Assembly: GCA_963667175.2 (NCBI GenBank)
Contig: CAXXXF010000018.1
Coordinates: 273,478 to 337,477, forward strand
From: Candidatus Latescibacterota bacterium
GTDB taxonomy: Bacteria; Latescibacterota; UBA2968; GCA-2709665
Reading direction: 5' to 3'
DNA length: 64,000 nt
A program made the translations under genes and the position numbers. This document shows positions 9,411-20,526 of this stretch, piece by piece. Numbering within the stretch: position 1 is the stretch's first letter; every line of letters starts with the position of its first letter. The notes below the pieces were generated by a model. That model had not been told where the DNA came from. It searched no databases and was given only the letters and a program-made list of their open reading frames with translations.

Positions 9411-10456
9411 TCAAAAGACCTTCCCGATTTCATCCCGGTCGAATTCGGGCAGGTCCTCCCAGCGGTCGTCTGTGCGGAGTTTGAGTCCGAAATCGGGCGA
9501 TTCGGCGCGACCGACGATCTCGCAGGGAATGCCGGCGTGACGGATGGCGTCGCGAACCGGTTCGGCGTCTCCCGGCGCCAGGCCGATCAACAGCGCGCCG
9601 GAGGAGATGACGCCCAGCGGGTCCAACTGGAAAGCCTCGCACAGCAGACGGGTTTCTTCGGAGGAGAAGAGCGCCTCGCCGTCCACGGCAAGTCCGCAGC
9701 TCGAGGCGGCCGCGAGTTCCCGCAGCGCCGTGGCGACGCCGCCTTCGGTGGGGTCGTGCATCGCGTGCACCGAGGCGATTTTGCACGCGATTCGCGCCTC
9801 TCTGATAATACTGAGTCCCGGATCGTGAAGGTAGCCGTGCGCGCTATCGAGCAGGTTGGAATCGAATCCCCGGTTGCGCAACTCGACGGCTTTCTCTCTG
9901 GCCAGGATGGCGGTGGCTTCGATCCCCAACCCTTTGGTCAGCAGAATACTGTCGCCCGGCCGGAGTCCGCTCGACCGGACGAGGTCTTCGCGCCGGACTT
10001 CACCCAGCATCTGCCCGACGACGATCGGCCGATCCAGACCTGCGGTGACTTCGGTGTGACCGCCGCATAGCGAAACGTCGATCTCACCCGCAGCGCGCCG
10101 GAGCGATTCGAAGATGGACCGGACAAGGGCCTCGTCCGTCCGGCTTTCGGGCAGAAGCAGTGTGGCCAGGAACCAGCGGGGGGACCGCCCCCATCGTGGC
10201 GACGTCGTTGGCGTTGACGTGGACCGCTGTAGCGGCCGATCTCGTCGGTTGCGAAAGTAATGGGGTCGGTCTTCACCACGAGGCAGGTCTCGCCGAAGTC
10301 AATGACCGCGGCGTCCTCCCCCACCTCCGGTCCCACGAGGACCCGCTCGTCGTCGACGCTGCATTCGCGCAGCAAGCCGGAAAGCAGGTCCAGCGGGAGT
10401 TTACCTGGCGGCAGAAGGACGCACATGTTCGTAAGTGGATTGGCGAGCAGAGGCAA
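9411..10456 (-). pseudogene. AIR synthase-related (HypE/PurM-like) protein with two +1 frameshifts, probably sequence errors
   Basis: GKLP..LL, GEDAAVID, KTDPITF, VNANDVATMG, GGHTEVT, AMHDPTEGG are spread over three frames; extra bases near 10229 and in the G6 run at 10178-10183. Confidence 0.8.
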
Positions 10457-10573
10457 CCGGTGAGGTCATGGATCGCAGAATTTACGATAGGCCAATTCCA
10501 GGGGGGTTGTCAATGGTTTTGCAGGACTGCGGCGCTGTCCGCCACCGGTAGATTGACAGGCACAGCGAACCGG

Positions 10574-11685
10574 TTATCCAGCGTGTTTAGCCGGCAAACT
10601 CCGGGTAGGAGATGATTTCACGTCAGCGTAGCGAAATTGGATCTGAGCTCCGCGGTGCGGGGGTCGGCGCTGAGGGGGCGTCTCGAGGATCCGTCGAAGT
10701 TGCGCCAGACGCGCTTCCGGGTTCCGCCACCTGTTCAGCAGCGGATGACGCGGGTCGGGCTGGGCATCCAGCAGGGACTGCGCGGCAAGGAGGTGGAAGA
10801 TGAAGTGATGTCCATCCAACAGCGCCGCAATCTCGGCCTGTGACGCCGCGCGGTACTCCGACGCAAGGGCGGCATATCTCGCGGTCAGAGCAGGCGTGAG
10901 CGCGCTGCAGGTCCGGCCATCCGGTCGTCCTGCGCCGTGGGAGGTCGTGTACTGGGTCAGCCGGCGTTCGGGCCAGTCCCATCCGATTTTGGAGAATTCG
11001 ATGAAACGGAGGGTTCGCGTCGCCGGATTGATCACGATGTTGCGGGCCTGGTAGTCGGTCGGGCCCGGCAGCGGCGAGGCCTGTTCGAGAAACCGTAGAA
11101 GCTCGGATAGCCCATCTGAGATTGATGGCAAAGGCCTGCGGCTGGCAGCCGGAGAGAGCTGTTCAACAAACCGGGGCAGGCCCCCGATAAGACGCCGGGT
11201 GGATTGCTGCCAGGCGCGGCGCAGATCCTTCTGGTGGCAACCCGGAAAGGTACGCGGGGCGAACACGTCTCTGTGCTCATGGAAGACGGATTGAATTCGG
11301 CAGAAGCCCTCAACGGCGAGGACGCCCATAGGTTCCCGCGGCGCCCTCCTGAAAGGCGTCGTCGAGCGTATGGTCGCCGCACCATTCGAAAAAGACGAGG
11401 TCGTGGTCGCGGTCGGCGACGTAGAGCCTGGGGACGGGCGCCCCGGACAGACGCGCGTGCGAAAGCTGTTCGACGGCCAGCAGATCGTGGGCTTTCCCGC
11501 GTGCGAGGGGGAGCGAAAACGTGGTGTTTGGCAACGAGGAACGAACCGTTGCCGAGGACGATCTTCCAGACGTTCGGGTGACCGGGGAAGGGCTGGATAT
11601 CTTCGACCGCGGTCCCGCCGGGAACGGCGGCGGGAGCGATACGCCTGATGGCGTCGAGCGTCGGATCGGCGGAAGGAGCATGCAT
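10574..11685 (-). pseudogene. Aminoglycoside phosphotransferase/kinase-like protein, frameshifted
   Basis: LVAKHH, PVPRLY..D, LVFFEWCG, GPTDYQARNIV, FIEFSKIGWD are split across three ORFs; shifts near 11510 and 11335, possibly also near 10675. Confidence 0.6.
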
Positions 11686-11702
11686 GGAACGTGGATGAAG
11701 TG

Positions 11703-12975
11703 TTACTTCTGCTGGATCTGCCGCTTTCGCAACGTGAGGAATTCGGGGGCTTCGCGAATACAGGAGACCAGGATGCCGAGGGAACGCCTGAAGGCGTTGA
11801 ATCCCGTCCGGCGGATCTCGGCGGCGGCTTCTCCCACGGCGTCGAATCCGTCTTGCGTCGGCGCAAGGTTCTCCCAGTTCCTGAAGAGGCGGCCCCAGTC
11901 GCTTTTCAGAACTTCACGCATCCGCTTCCTGGCGAGAAACGGATACCAGAAGCTGTCGTGGTAGAGAACGCTGGCCAGGTACGACCAGGGCGCCAGGAAG
12001 GTCTTGAGAGACCACTCGACGGGTTTTTTGAGTGGTCCCCAATAGATCTTGTGCTGCATTCGGGACGCGAACGTCATTTTTCGGAAGGGACCGGCGAATT
12101 GCCAGCTTTCTTCGGCCGCGGCCGTGTCCCCCCGCAATCCGGATTCCGCGCGGGTCGCCGCAACCGAGACCGCGGTCGTGCGCGAGACGGATGTATTTGA
12201 TTGAAAGCGGATCCATCCCCATCATCCTGGCCGCCACCGCGTCGATGGCCACCTGGTCCGCGCTTGCCAGGATGACGTTCTTGGTATAGGGAATCATACA
12301 CCGCGGGCCGGGTCCGTCACCGGCGAAGGTACCGTCCATGACCGCGAATACGCCGGGATGGATCTTCTTCTGGATCGTCAACAGGTCCACGAGGGTCTCG
12401 TGGATGACCGGATGGGTCCAGTGGCGCCGTTCGTTGAGGAGGCCGCCGAAAGCGTTCTTCATGGCCCCCGTCGTGGTGGTAAATACGTGGGTCTTGACGG
12501 TGGGCAGGTGGACGATGTTCTCGCCGATCAGGCGCCGGGGGATGTGAAAGCCGTCGGGGTAGACCTGGTTCAGGCACAGGAAATCGTCGGCGAGATCGCC
12601 CACCGCATCGCGGACGTGGACCCATTCCTCGCCTTCGTAGAGGTGGATATTCCGCAGGCCGTGGGCATTGACAACGTGGACCTGCTTGTTCTCTCTCTCG
12701 CCCAAGCGGGCGTCGATGACGACCGTCCGGTTGTGGCAGGCGTGGATCAGGTCTTTGCGATATCCGTCCTTCGCCATGGCGCGGATCACACCTTCGAGCT
12801 GCCATGGGGTCGTGGAACTTCCGGGATAAAAGAAATGCCAGGAAATATTCACCTTCAGGGCGGTGTCGAGCGTTCTGTCCAGCACGTCCTGGTACCCTGC
12901 CAGGTTCATCAGCCTGTGATAGTCTCTCAAGACCGTGTCAGGCCTGGTTTTCAGGACGGCAACCCGGGTCTGCAT
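11703..12975 (-). pseudogene. DUF362 domain protein with one +1 frameshift
   Basis: LKVNISWH, LPTVKTH..TTTTGAMKNAFG, DGTFAGDGPGP, DQVAIDAV; removing one C from the C6 run at 12128-12133 joins ORF 11914-12975 to 11703-12137. Confidence 0.8.
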
Positions 12976-13037
12976 AAGGAGCGCCTTCGAACGGTGACGA
13001 TGATGGGGTGAGACCCGTAACGGTCGACCGGACCGGC

Positions 13038-13907
13038 TTATTTGAAATAGAGCAGGGCGAAAACGGCGAGAAACCAGAGGCCGCCGTTGATCAGCAGCGA
13101 CGGATCGCCCAGGATGGTTGAGGACGGATTTCCGCCCTCGTTCCTGGCGTAGACCAGATAGAGGTAGCGCAGCAGTCCGTAGATCACGAAGGGTATGGTG
13201 AGATTGAGATGCGGTGTTCCGAGTTTCCGGACGACTTCGGGCGACATGGTGTACAGCGCGTACGAAACGAGTGCGCCCGCGGTGACGACGGCGATCATCT
13301 GATCCAGGAACCTCGTCGTGTATTCATCCAGGATGCGGCGATGCCCGGCCGCGCCGGCTTCGAGGAGAATCAATTCCTGCCGGCGTTTGACGAATCCCAT
13401 AAAGAGCGCCAGAAGGACGGTGCATAGAATCAGCCAGGAGGAGATTTCCACGCTGATGACCAGCGCGCCGGCGATGGCCCGGAACAGATATCCCGAGGCG
13501 ACGATCATCACGTCAAGGATCACGATATGTTTGAGGTAGAGCGAATAGGCGACGTTCATCAGCCCGTAGGCGAGGAGAATACACCCGAAGGGGACACTCA
13601 ACAGAAAGGCAGGAGGAAGGACCGTCAGCGCGATGACGATGGAGGCGGTCGCCGCTGCCGAAAGGCCCAGCCGACCCGATGCAACCGGCCGGCTGCGCTT
13701 TTCGGGGTGCCGGCGGTCGGATTCGACGTCTCGAACGTCGTTCAGAAGGTAGACCGCGCTCGACATGAAGCAGAAGAGGACGAACGCGGCGCCGCTGCGA
13801 AGCAGGTAGCGACCGTCGAGCAGGTGTTCCGAGAAGACCAGCGGGGCCAGCACGAACACGCTCTTGATCCACTGGTGCGGCCGCAGGGCTTGAATGAGTG
13901 GATACAT
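13038..13907 (-). CDS. UbiA-family prenyltransferase (decaprenyl-phosphate phosphoribosyltransferase-like)
   Basis: LRPHQWIKS, YLLNDVRDVESDRRHPEKRSRPVASG, YSLYLKH..ILDV, KRRQE; multiple TM segments. Confidence 0.9.
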   Translation of the reverse strand: MYPLIQALRPHQWIKSVFVLAPLVFSEHLLDGRYLLRSGAAFVLFCFMSSAVYLLNDVRDVESDRRHPEKRSRPVASGRLGLSAAATASIVIALTVLPPAFLLSVPFGCILLAYGLMNVAYSLYLKHIVILDVMIVASGYLFRAIAGALVISVEISSWLILCTVLLALFMGFVKRRQELILLEAGAAGHRRILDEYTTRFLDQMIAVVTAGALVSYALYTMSPEVVRKLGTPHLNLTIPFVIYGLLRYLYLVYARNEGGNPSSTILGDPSLLINGGLWFLAVFALLYFK

Positions 13908-13983
13908 AGACGGGGGGGTTCGGACGTTGGAAGACCGGGGTCGGAATTCCGGCGGATCCGTTTCGGCCTCCGCACGACGGCTT

Positions 13984-16900
13984 TCAGATGGTCAGGCCGA
14001 AGTAGATGCGGTTGTTGTCGATGTCCTGGCCCCGGATGCTGTCGCGGGTCGGAAAGGCAATCTGAAAATAGCCATAAAGGGGAATCCGGTAGTGCGTGAA
14101 CATCTGCATGCGGAGTTCGAAGCCCCAGTCGGTCAGGAACGCCGATCGTTTGAACCTGTCATCGGAATCGAGCAGCGCGCGGAGGCTCTCGAAGTTGCCG
14201 GTGGCGCCGGTCTCCACGAAGAACGTGCCGTAGATCTTGTCGAAGAAGAACGGCGGCAGTTCCTTCGCGGCGCTCTTGAAGATCGGAAAGGTCAGGCTGG
14301 CCCTCGCGAGCAGAGCCTTGCCGCCGGACGTGGAGAAGTAGGGATATCCCCTGAGGGTGCCGAGCCCGCCCAGATAATACCGCAGAGGATAGTAGAATAC
14401 GCCTTCGGCCGATGAGGTGTTCTCCTGGACGTCCTTGATGGGTTTGTCCTTGTAGGCGAGGAAAGCCTGGAGGGCGAGCGTCGTTCGGCCGCCAAGGCCG
14501 ATGAATTCATTCCAGGACACGACGTACTCATTGATGCCCAACTTGGTCGGATCCGACAGGTAGGTCGGGGCGGCAACGCCGTCCTGGTTCACCTGGGACC
14601 GAAACAGCGAGTCGGTCACAGAGGCGTTGATGCGCCGGTACCTCAAGGTGATCGCCCTGCCCCGGGACGGGTTCACGAACATATCCTTTGCGGGCTGGAA
14701 ATTGAAATATCGCCAGCCGACCGTGAGGTCGTTGCTCTTGAAAAAGCTGAGATCGCGATACAGGAAATCGTCGAAGACGACCTCATCTTCGCCCAGACCG
14801 GGTATCTGGTCCGTGATGTCGCTTATGACGCCGTTTCTGTTCTGGACCAGCCTCGTGCTGTCCAGGATGACCTGTTTCGTATGGGTGCTCTCCCTGTACC
14901 CCCTCCGGCCGTACGTCATGGATAGCACCTGGCGCCTGCCGATGCTGGTTTCAATGCCCACCACGAAATCATTGAACAGGTTCTTGTACTTGTCTTCCTG
15001 GGTGAGGGAGAGGTTGGTGAAACTGGTGACCCCTGGAACCAGCCGCAGGGTGTCGTCGATCACGATCTGCAGCGTGCCCGACGTGGTGTCCCGGCGGGCG
15101 TCCACAATGCCCCGGTCGATCTGGCTGTTGATGGTCTGCTGGCTGGCGCCGACGAAAATTCTGGGCGCGTACGTCCGGTCTTCGGTGTGAACCGCCGGCA
15201 GGCCCCTCGTATAGAACGCGGAAAAATTGGAGTTTAAATCCACGCCTTTCTTCAGGTTCTTGCCCACGGTGAAGCCGGCGTAGATATTGTCGCTTCCCAG
15301 GAGGTCTCCCCACGTGGCTTCGGCGCCAGCGCTCAGCTGATCCAGGCCGAACCGGTTGCCGATAAAGGTCGGTCCCAGCACCAGAATGGGCACGACGCCG
15401 ATGGAAGACAGGCGCGGAGCATACCGGCCGGTATTGAACAGGTCGCCGATTTTCTTTCCCTTGTAAATGCTGCTGTAGTCCCGCACCAGCGAATCGGCCG
15501 GCGCGGACGCCTCCGCGCCGGATTTCCGGATGCGGTAGATGTTGTAATTGGCGGCATGATAGCCGGAATAGAGGATTTCGTCGCCATCAGGCGACACCGA
15601 GGGCGAAAAGGCGCCTCCGATGACGTTGGAGAGCTGTTCCTGCCTTCCCGTCGCGAGGTCCAGTGCGTAGACGTTGAAGACGCCGGTGCGGTCGGAAGCG
15701 TACACGATACCGCGGCCGCCTGGCATCCAGACCGCGTCGCGTTCATCGGCTCTGGTATTGATGATGACCTCGAAGCCCGCGTTGTTGGCATAGGCCAGGC
15801 TGTCGGGGAAGGCGACCATGCTGTCTCGGCTGGCGGCTTCAGCCAGGCCGAGGCTGTCCGCCTCGGCCTGCGCGCTGTCCACCTCGGTTTCCGTCTTCTT
15901 CCTCGCGGCGATACGCTCAGCCAACTCCTGCTTTTCGGTCTTCTTCTTGTCGGTTTTCTTCGGACGCGGCGTGGCATCCGCGCTGATGACGGCTATGTCC
16001 CGATCTTCCCCCCGGAAAATGCTGAAAAGAAGCCTGTTTCCGTCCTCCGACCACCTGGGCGTGTAATATTGCGTGCCGTTGTTATTATTGGTCAGATAGC
16101 GGACGTCCGTGCCATCGATGTTTACGATGCCCAGGTTGGAGGTCCCGTCCCGATTGCCCACGAAGGCGATCTTCGTGCCGTCGGGAGACACCGCAGGGTC
16201 TCTTCCTCTCAGGCCGACGGTGACGCGACGCTCCTCGCGCGTGATGAGATCGTAGATGAAGATGTCCCAGTTGCCCCCGACCGACTTGCTATACACCAGG
16301 CTGTTGCCGTCGGGCGCCCAGGAGAAGGGCAGGTTGACGTATTTGCCGTATTTCCGGCTTCTGGCCACCTTTGTCAGTTTTCGCGTGGCCAGATCCATCA
16401 CCAGCATTTCCATGATGGCGTAGTCGCTTCCCTCGTTGCTGATGAAAGCCATTTTCGTGCCGTCGGGTGAGTACGTGGGGAAGTGTTCCACGTCTCCCCG
16501 ATCCGAGAGCAGTTCGCCCTCCCGCTCTCCGGAAGCGCGGATGGAGTCCGCGAGCGCGCCGTATTTGCGATCGAGATGGGCGGTCCATTCGTCGTAGAGT
16601 TCAGAAGCGGACCTGCCGGTGCTCTTCTTGACGGCGGATTTGAAGTTGACAATCGGCCGGTGCCTGGACATCGCCCGTACGGAGTCCTGGCCGTAGGTCT
16701 CGGCCAGGTAATTCAGGAAGGCATAGCCCTGGTTGTAGACCTGTTCCGATTTGAATCCGTCTTTGCCGAAGACGCCCATGTTCGTATAGGAAAGCAGGTC
16801 GTCTTCAAGCGTGGCCATCCGCAGGATCATGTCCCGGTGGGTGTCCCAGAGGTCTCCCCCGTACTTTTTGGACTCAAACTGGGCGATCCCTTCGGCGTAC

Positions 16901-17550
16901 CAGTTCGGCATCGCGGAGTGGTAAAGCGGGAGAAAGAAGCCGAAGTCCGGATTCTGGTTGGAGCGGCTGCTGCCCAGAAGACCGAATACAAAAGGCATGC
17001 TGTTGTGAGAAGATTTCAGCGTGATGTGGTGGGTGAGTTCGTGGGTGAAGACGTCACGCACCCAGTCGTGGGTGCCTCGAGAGTCCCAGTTGAGGGGGGT
17101 GGCTCCGAAGAAAATGAGATTACCCAGGTAGAACGAGTAGGCATTGCCCAGAATGTCGACGTCGGAAACGACAACGTGAATCGGGGCGTAGCGCTCGATG
17201 GAACCCGGATAGTGCCGGGATATCTTCTCGAAGATATCGTCAGCGATCTCAGCGATGCGGCGGGCCGTGTTTTCCGCTTCCGCGTAGTAGATGGCGAAGT
17301 ACTTCGTGCGGATTGCCCGTGCGCCCGGTACGTGGAGCCCGAGCAGGGCAGGGAAGAAATGACGCTCGTGCCGCTCCCAGGTGTAGTCGGGCATGGTTCG
17401 GTTCAACGGAACGTCGGCAATGTCCACGGTGGGACCGAATTTGTATTTCCTGGGGAACTGCTGGGCGTCTGAAGGGATCGTCACGCCGGACGAAAACGTG
17501 ATCAGAACCGCTGTGAAGAGGCCGATGGACAGGATCGTGGATCGGGTCAC
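13984..17550 (-). CDS. Secreted protein: HExxH peptidase-like domain + PD40/TolB beta-propellers + C-terminal Omp85-like beta-barrel
   Basis: Signal peptide after GTG 17550; HELTH...WYAEG; repeated P.(Y/W/V)SPDG; LGGLGTLRGYP and terminal YFGLTI. Confidence 0.8.
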   Translation of the reverse strand: MTRSTILSIGLFTAVLITFSSGVTIPSDAQQFPRKYKFGPTVDIADVPLNRTMPDYTWERHERHFFPALLGLHVPGARAIRTKYFAIYYAEAENTARRIAEIADDIFEKISRHYPGSIERYAPIHVVVSDVDILGNAYSFYLGNLIFFGATPLNWDSRGTHDWVRDVFTHELTHHITLKSSHNSMPFVFGLLGSSRSNQNPDFGFFLPLYHSAMPNWYAEGIAQFESKKYGGDLWDTHRDMILRMATLEDDLLSYTNMGVFGKDGFKSEQVYNQGYAFLNYLAETYGQDSVRAMSRHRPIVNFKSAVKKSTGRSASELYDEWTAHLDRKYGALADSIRASGEREGELLSDRGDVEHFPTYSPDGTKMAFISNEGSDYAIMEMLVMDLATRKLTKVARSRKYGKYVNLPFSWAPDGNSLVYSKSVGGNWDIFIYDLITREERRVTVGLRGRDPAVSPDGTKIAFVGNRDGTSNLGIVNIDGTDVRYLTNNNNGTQYYTPRWSEDGNRLLFSIFRGEDRDIAVISADATPRPKKTDKKKTEKQELAERIAARKKTETEVDSAQAEADSLGLAEAASRDSMVAFPDSLAYANNAGFEVIINTRADERDAVWMPGGRGIVYASDRTGVFNVYALDLATGRQEQLSNVIGGAFSPSVSPDGDEILYSGYHAANYNIYRIRKSGAEASAPADSLVRDYSSIYKGKKIGDLFNTGRYAPRLSSIGVVPILVLGPTFIGNRFGLDQLSAGAEATWGDLLGSDNIYAGFTVGKNLKKGVDLNSNFSAFYTRGLPAVHTEDRTYAPRIFVGASQQTINSQIDRGIVDARRDTTSGTLQIVIDDTLRLVPGVTSFTNLSLTQEDKYKNLFNDFVVGIETSIGRRQVLSMTYGRRGYRESTHTKQVILDSTRLVQNRNGVISDITDQIPGLGEDEVVFDDFLYRDLSFFKSNDLTVGWRYFNFQPAKDMFVNPSRGRAITLRYRRINASVTDSLFRSQVNQDGVAAPTYLSDPTKLGINEYVVSWNEFIGLGGRTTLALQAFLAYKDKPIKDVQENTSSAEGVFYYPLRYYLGGLGTLRGYPYFSTSGGKALLARASLTFPIFKSAAKELPPFFFDKIYGTFFVETGATGNFESLRALLDSDDRFKRSAFLTDWGFELRMQMFTHYRIPLYGYFQIAFPTRDSIRGQDIDNNRIYFGLTI

Positions 17551-17684
17551 GTGCTTCTCCTGGACTTCAATGGATGGATTGGGGTGGATTGGACGGCCGA
17601 GGGGAAGTTGCACGATCCGCCTTCGCGCCGGTCGGCTATAAAAGTAAACAATTAGACCTCCAAAGACAACGAACGGTTCCAAAT

Positions 17685-18674
17685 TCAGTCCGTCGGGAGG
17701 TGTTGCCGGGTCCGCAGAATACACGCGACGCTGTGGTTCCCGCCAATTTCAAGCAACTCCGGCACGATTTTCGTGCATGCGTCTTCCCGTTCGGGGCAGC
17801 GCGGATGAAAGGGACAGCCGTGAGGGACGTTGGCGGGGCTGGGAACGTCGCCGGTCAGTACCGTGCGCTGCTTCCTGATGCGCGGGTCCGGAACGGGGAC
17901 GGCCGAAAGCAGGGCGCGGGTATAAGGGTGTTGCGGAGCGTCGCAGAGGGTGTGGCTTTCCGCGATTTCCACGATGCGTCCCAGGTACATCACCGCGATG
18001 CGGTTGGAGATGTGTTTGACAACGCTCAGGTCGTGCGCCACAAAGAGGAACGTGAGGCCGAACCGTCCCTGAAGATCCTGAAGCAGATTGATGATCTGGG
18101 CCTGGATCGACACGTCCAGGGCCGAAACAGGTTCGTCCGCAACGATGAATTCCGGATTCACGGCCAGAGCGCGGGAAATGCCGATGCGCTGGCGCTGCCC
18201 GCCGCTGAATTCGTGGGGATACCGGCGGGCATGGTCCGGGCGGAGGCCCACGACGTCCAGGAGCTCTGCCACCCGTTCCCGCGTATCGCTTCCATCGGTG
18301 AGTTTGTGGATTTTCAACGCTTCGGCCAACATCCCCCCGACCGTCATACGGGGATTCAGCGAACTGTAGGGGTCCTGGAAAATGATCTGCATCCGGCGCC
18401 GTACGCCGCGAAGCGCCGAGCGGTTCAGGCCGAAGACGTCGGCGCCGTTGAACAGCACGCGCCCCTCCGTGGCTTCGATGAGCCGCAAAATGGTCCTCCC
18501 CGCCGTCGTCTTGCCGCATCCGGATTCCCCGACCAGACCCAGGGTTTCCCCCCGCTGAACGGAGAAGGAGACGCCGTCGACGGCCTTGACGTAGCCGACG
18601 GTCCGGGAGAAAACCCCGCGGGTGATCGGAAAGTGCTTCTTGAGGCCGTGGACTTCGAGCAGAGGCTTCGACAT
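17685..18674 (-). CDS. oppF: Oligopeptide/dipeptide ABC transporter ATPase (OppF/AppF)
   Basis: [39 protein letters not shown]. Confidence 0.93.
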   Translation of the reverse strand: MSKPLLEVHGLKKHFPITRGVFSRTVGYVKAVDGVSFSVQRGETLGLVGESGCGKTTAGRTILRLIEATEGRVLFNGADVFGLNRSALRGVRRRMQIIFQDPYSSLNPRMTVGGMLAEALKIHKLTDGSDTRERVAELLDVVGLRPDHARRYPHEFSGGQRQRIGISRALAVNPEFIVADEPVSALDVSIQAQIINLLQDLQGRFGLTFLFVAHDLSVVKHISNRIAVMYLGRIVEIAESHTLCDAPQHPYTRALLSAVPVPDPRIRKQRTVLTGDVPSPANVPHGCPFHPRCPEREDACTKIVPELLEIGGNHSVACILRTRQHLPTD

Positions 18675-18675
18675 A

Positions 18676-19674
18676 TCAATCCGATCGCGTCACGGGAGAG
18701 GGAACATCTTCGACCATCCAGCATGCCACGTGGCGGCTGCCGGCGGTCGGTTCCAGAGGCGGTTCGTCCGTTACACACACGTCTTCCGCCAGGGAACACC
18801 GGGGGGCAAACCGGCATCCGGCGGGAAAACGGGTCGCGTCGGGCACCGTTCCCGGGATTACGGACAGCCGGTTCTTCTCTTCGCCGAGCGTGGGTATGGA
18901 TTCCAGCAAGCCCCTCGTGTAGGGGTGCTGAGGGCTTGCGAAGATCTCGTCCACCGTTCCGGTCTCCACGATCTTCCCGGCGTACATGACCGCCACGCGG
19001 TCCGCAACTTCAGCGATGACCCCGAGGTCGTGGGTGATCATCAGGACGGCCATCCCCAATTCCTTCTGAAGCCGGTCCAGAAGTTCCAGAATCTGAGCCT
19101 GAATGGTCACGTCAAGCGCCGTGGTGGGCTCGTCGGCGATCAGCAGTTCCGGGTTGCACGAAAGGGCCATGGCAATCATCACCCGCTGGCGCATGCCGCC
19201 GGAGAGCTGGTGAGGGTACTCGTTTGCCCGTTGTTCGGGATCCGGAATGCCCACCAGATTGAGCATGTCCACGGTTTTGGCCCGGGCGGCGTCCCTGGCG
19301 AGGCGCTGGTGGAGCATGACGGCTTCGTCAATCTGGTCTCCACAGGTAAACACAGGGTTGAGGCTGGTCATCGGCTCCTGAAAAATCATCGCGACGTCGT
19401 TGCCCCTGACACCCTGGAAAGCGGCTTCATCCAGACTCAGCAGATTCCGTCCGTTGAATCGGATCTCGCCTTCGACGATTTCACCCGGCGGTTCCGGTAC
19501 CAGACGCATGACGGACAGCGACGTTACACTCTTTCCGCATCCGGATTCTCCCACCAGGCCCAGTGTTTCACCCTTGTCCAGGGTGAAGGAGACGCCATCC
19601 ACGGCTTTGGCTATGCCGCCGTCCGTATGGAAGTGCGTCTTCAGGTCTTCGACGGTCAGAAGGGGCTCCGACAT
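18676..19674 (-). CDS. oppD: Oligopeptide/dipeptide ABC transporter ATPase (OppD/DppD)
   Basis: [35 protein letters not shown]. Confidence 0.93.
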   Translation of the reverse strand: MSEPLLTVEDLKTHFHTDGGIAKAVDGVSFTLDKGETLGLVGESGCGKSVTSLSVMRLVPEPPGEIVEGEIRFNGRNLLSLDEAAFQGVRGNDVAMIFQEPMTSLNPVFTCGDQIDEAVMLHQRLARDAARAKTVDMLNLVGIPDPEQRANEYPHQLSGGMRQRVMIAMALSCNPELLIADEPTTALDVTIQAQILELLDRLQKELGMAVLMITHDLGVIAEVADRVAVMYAGKIVETGTVDEIFASPQHPYTRGLLESIPTLGEEKNRLSVIPGTVPDATRFPAGCRFAPRCSLAEDVCVTDEPPLEPTAGSRHVACWMVEDVPSPVTRSD

Positions 19675-19782
19675 AAAGCCAACCTGTATTGAACCTGCGT
19701 CAATTGCGGATGCGCAGCGAACGGGGCGGGCGCGCCGGTTCGAAAAGCACACCATGGATCGACAGACAATCGCACCGCCGGG

Positions 19783-20526
19783 TCAGAAAAGCGGTGGGTT
19801 CAGATGCAGCCAGTCTTCAAGCAGGAAATCCACGCGGCCGATGAGCAGGGAGATACGCGCCATGACGGTATAACCGAATGAAGCGCCGAACGAAACCATC
19901 AGGAAATAGATGCCCACCCTGGAGATGCCGCCCACAACTCCTTTATGTTCGACGGAAAAATAAAAGTAGATGAGGACGCTCACGACGCCGATCAGGATGA
20001 TCGCAGGGTTCAGTACAGCCCATCCGAAGTCCGCCGACGCCTGGGAAAACGGGCTTATTGTGGGTTCGATCTGTTCGATGATGAAGGAGGCCACGCGGCG
20101 GGGGATGGCCAGGCCCGCGCCGAGCCCCACGAAGAAAGCGAAGGAGATGCGGCTGAGCCACACCCCTCGGCCGAAAAAGCGGGTCATCAGAAACAGACCG
20201 AGACATGCCGGAACGAGCACCAGCCATCTGACGCCCACGTCGGCCGGTGGACGGAAGAGAGGATTCACCACGTCCACCAGGATGCTCTGGTACCAGACCA
20301 GCGCCAGTTCGTATGCGGCGACAACGCCCACGTAGAGATGCTCGGCCAGCTTGAAGAGCGGATTGTCCCTGTAGAGGAAGCTGTACAGCGCGAGTGTGAT
20401 TCCGGCGGCGAGGATAATCCCGAACCCGGACCAGCTTGCCTGAAGGTCGCCGGCGGCCAGCAGATACCCGTTTACGACCGCAAAGAGCAGAATGAAAACC
20501 GGGAAGGCGATATTTTCTCTATTCAT
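19783..20526 (-). CDS. Multi-pass membrane protein of the GlmL-associated cluster
   Basis: TLALYSFLYRDNPLFKLAEHLYVG, FLMVSFGASFGYTVMARISLL; about 6-7 TM; overlaps the upstream stop by 4 nt. Confidence 0.8.
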   Translation of the reverse strand: MNRENIAFPVFILLFAVVNGYLLAAGDLQASWSGFGIILAAGITLALYSFLYRDNPLFKLAEHLYVGVVAAYELALVWYQSILVDVVNPLFRPPADVGVRWLVLVPACLGLFLMTRFFGRGVWLSRISFAFFVGLGAGLAIPRRVASFIIEQIEPTISPFSQASADFGWAVLNPAIILIGVVSVLIYFYFSVEHKGVVGGISRVGIYFLMVSFGASFGYTVMARISLLIGRVDFLLEDWLHLNPPLF

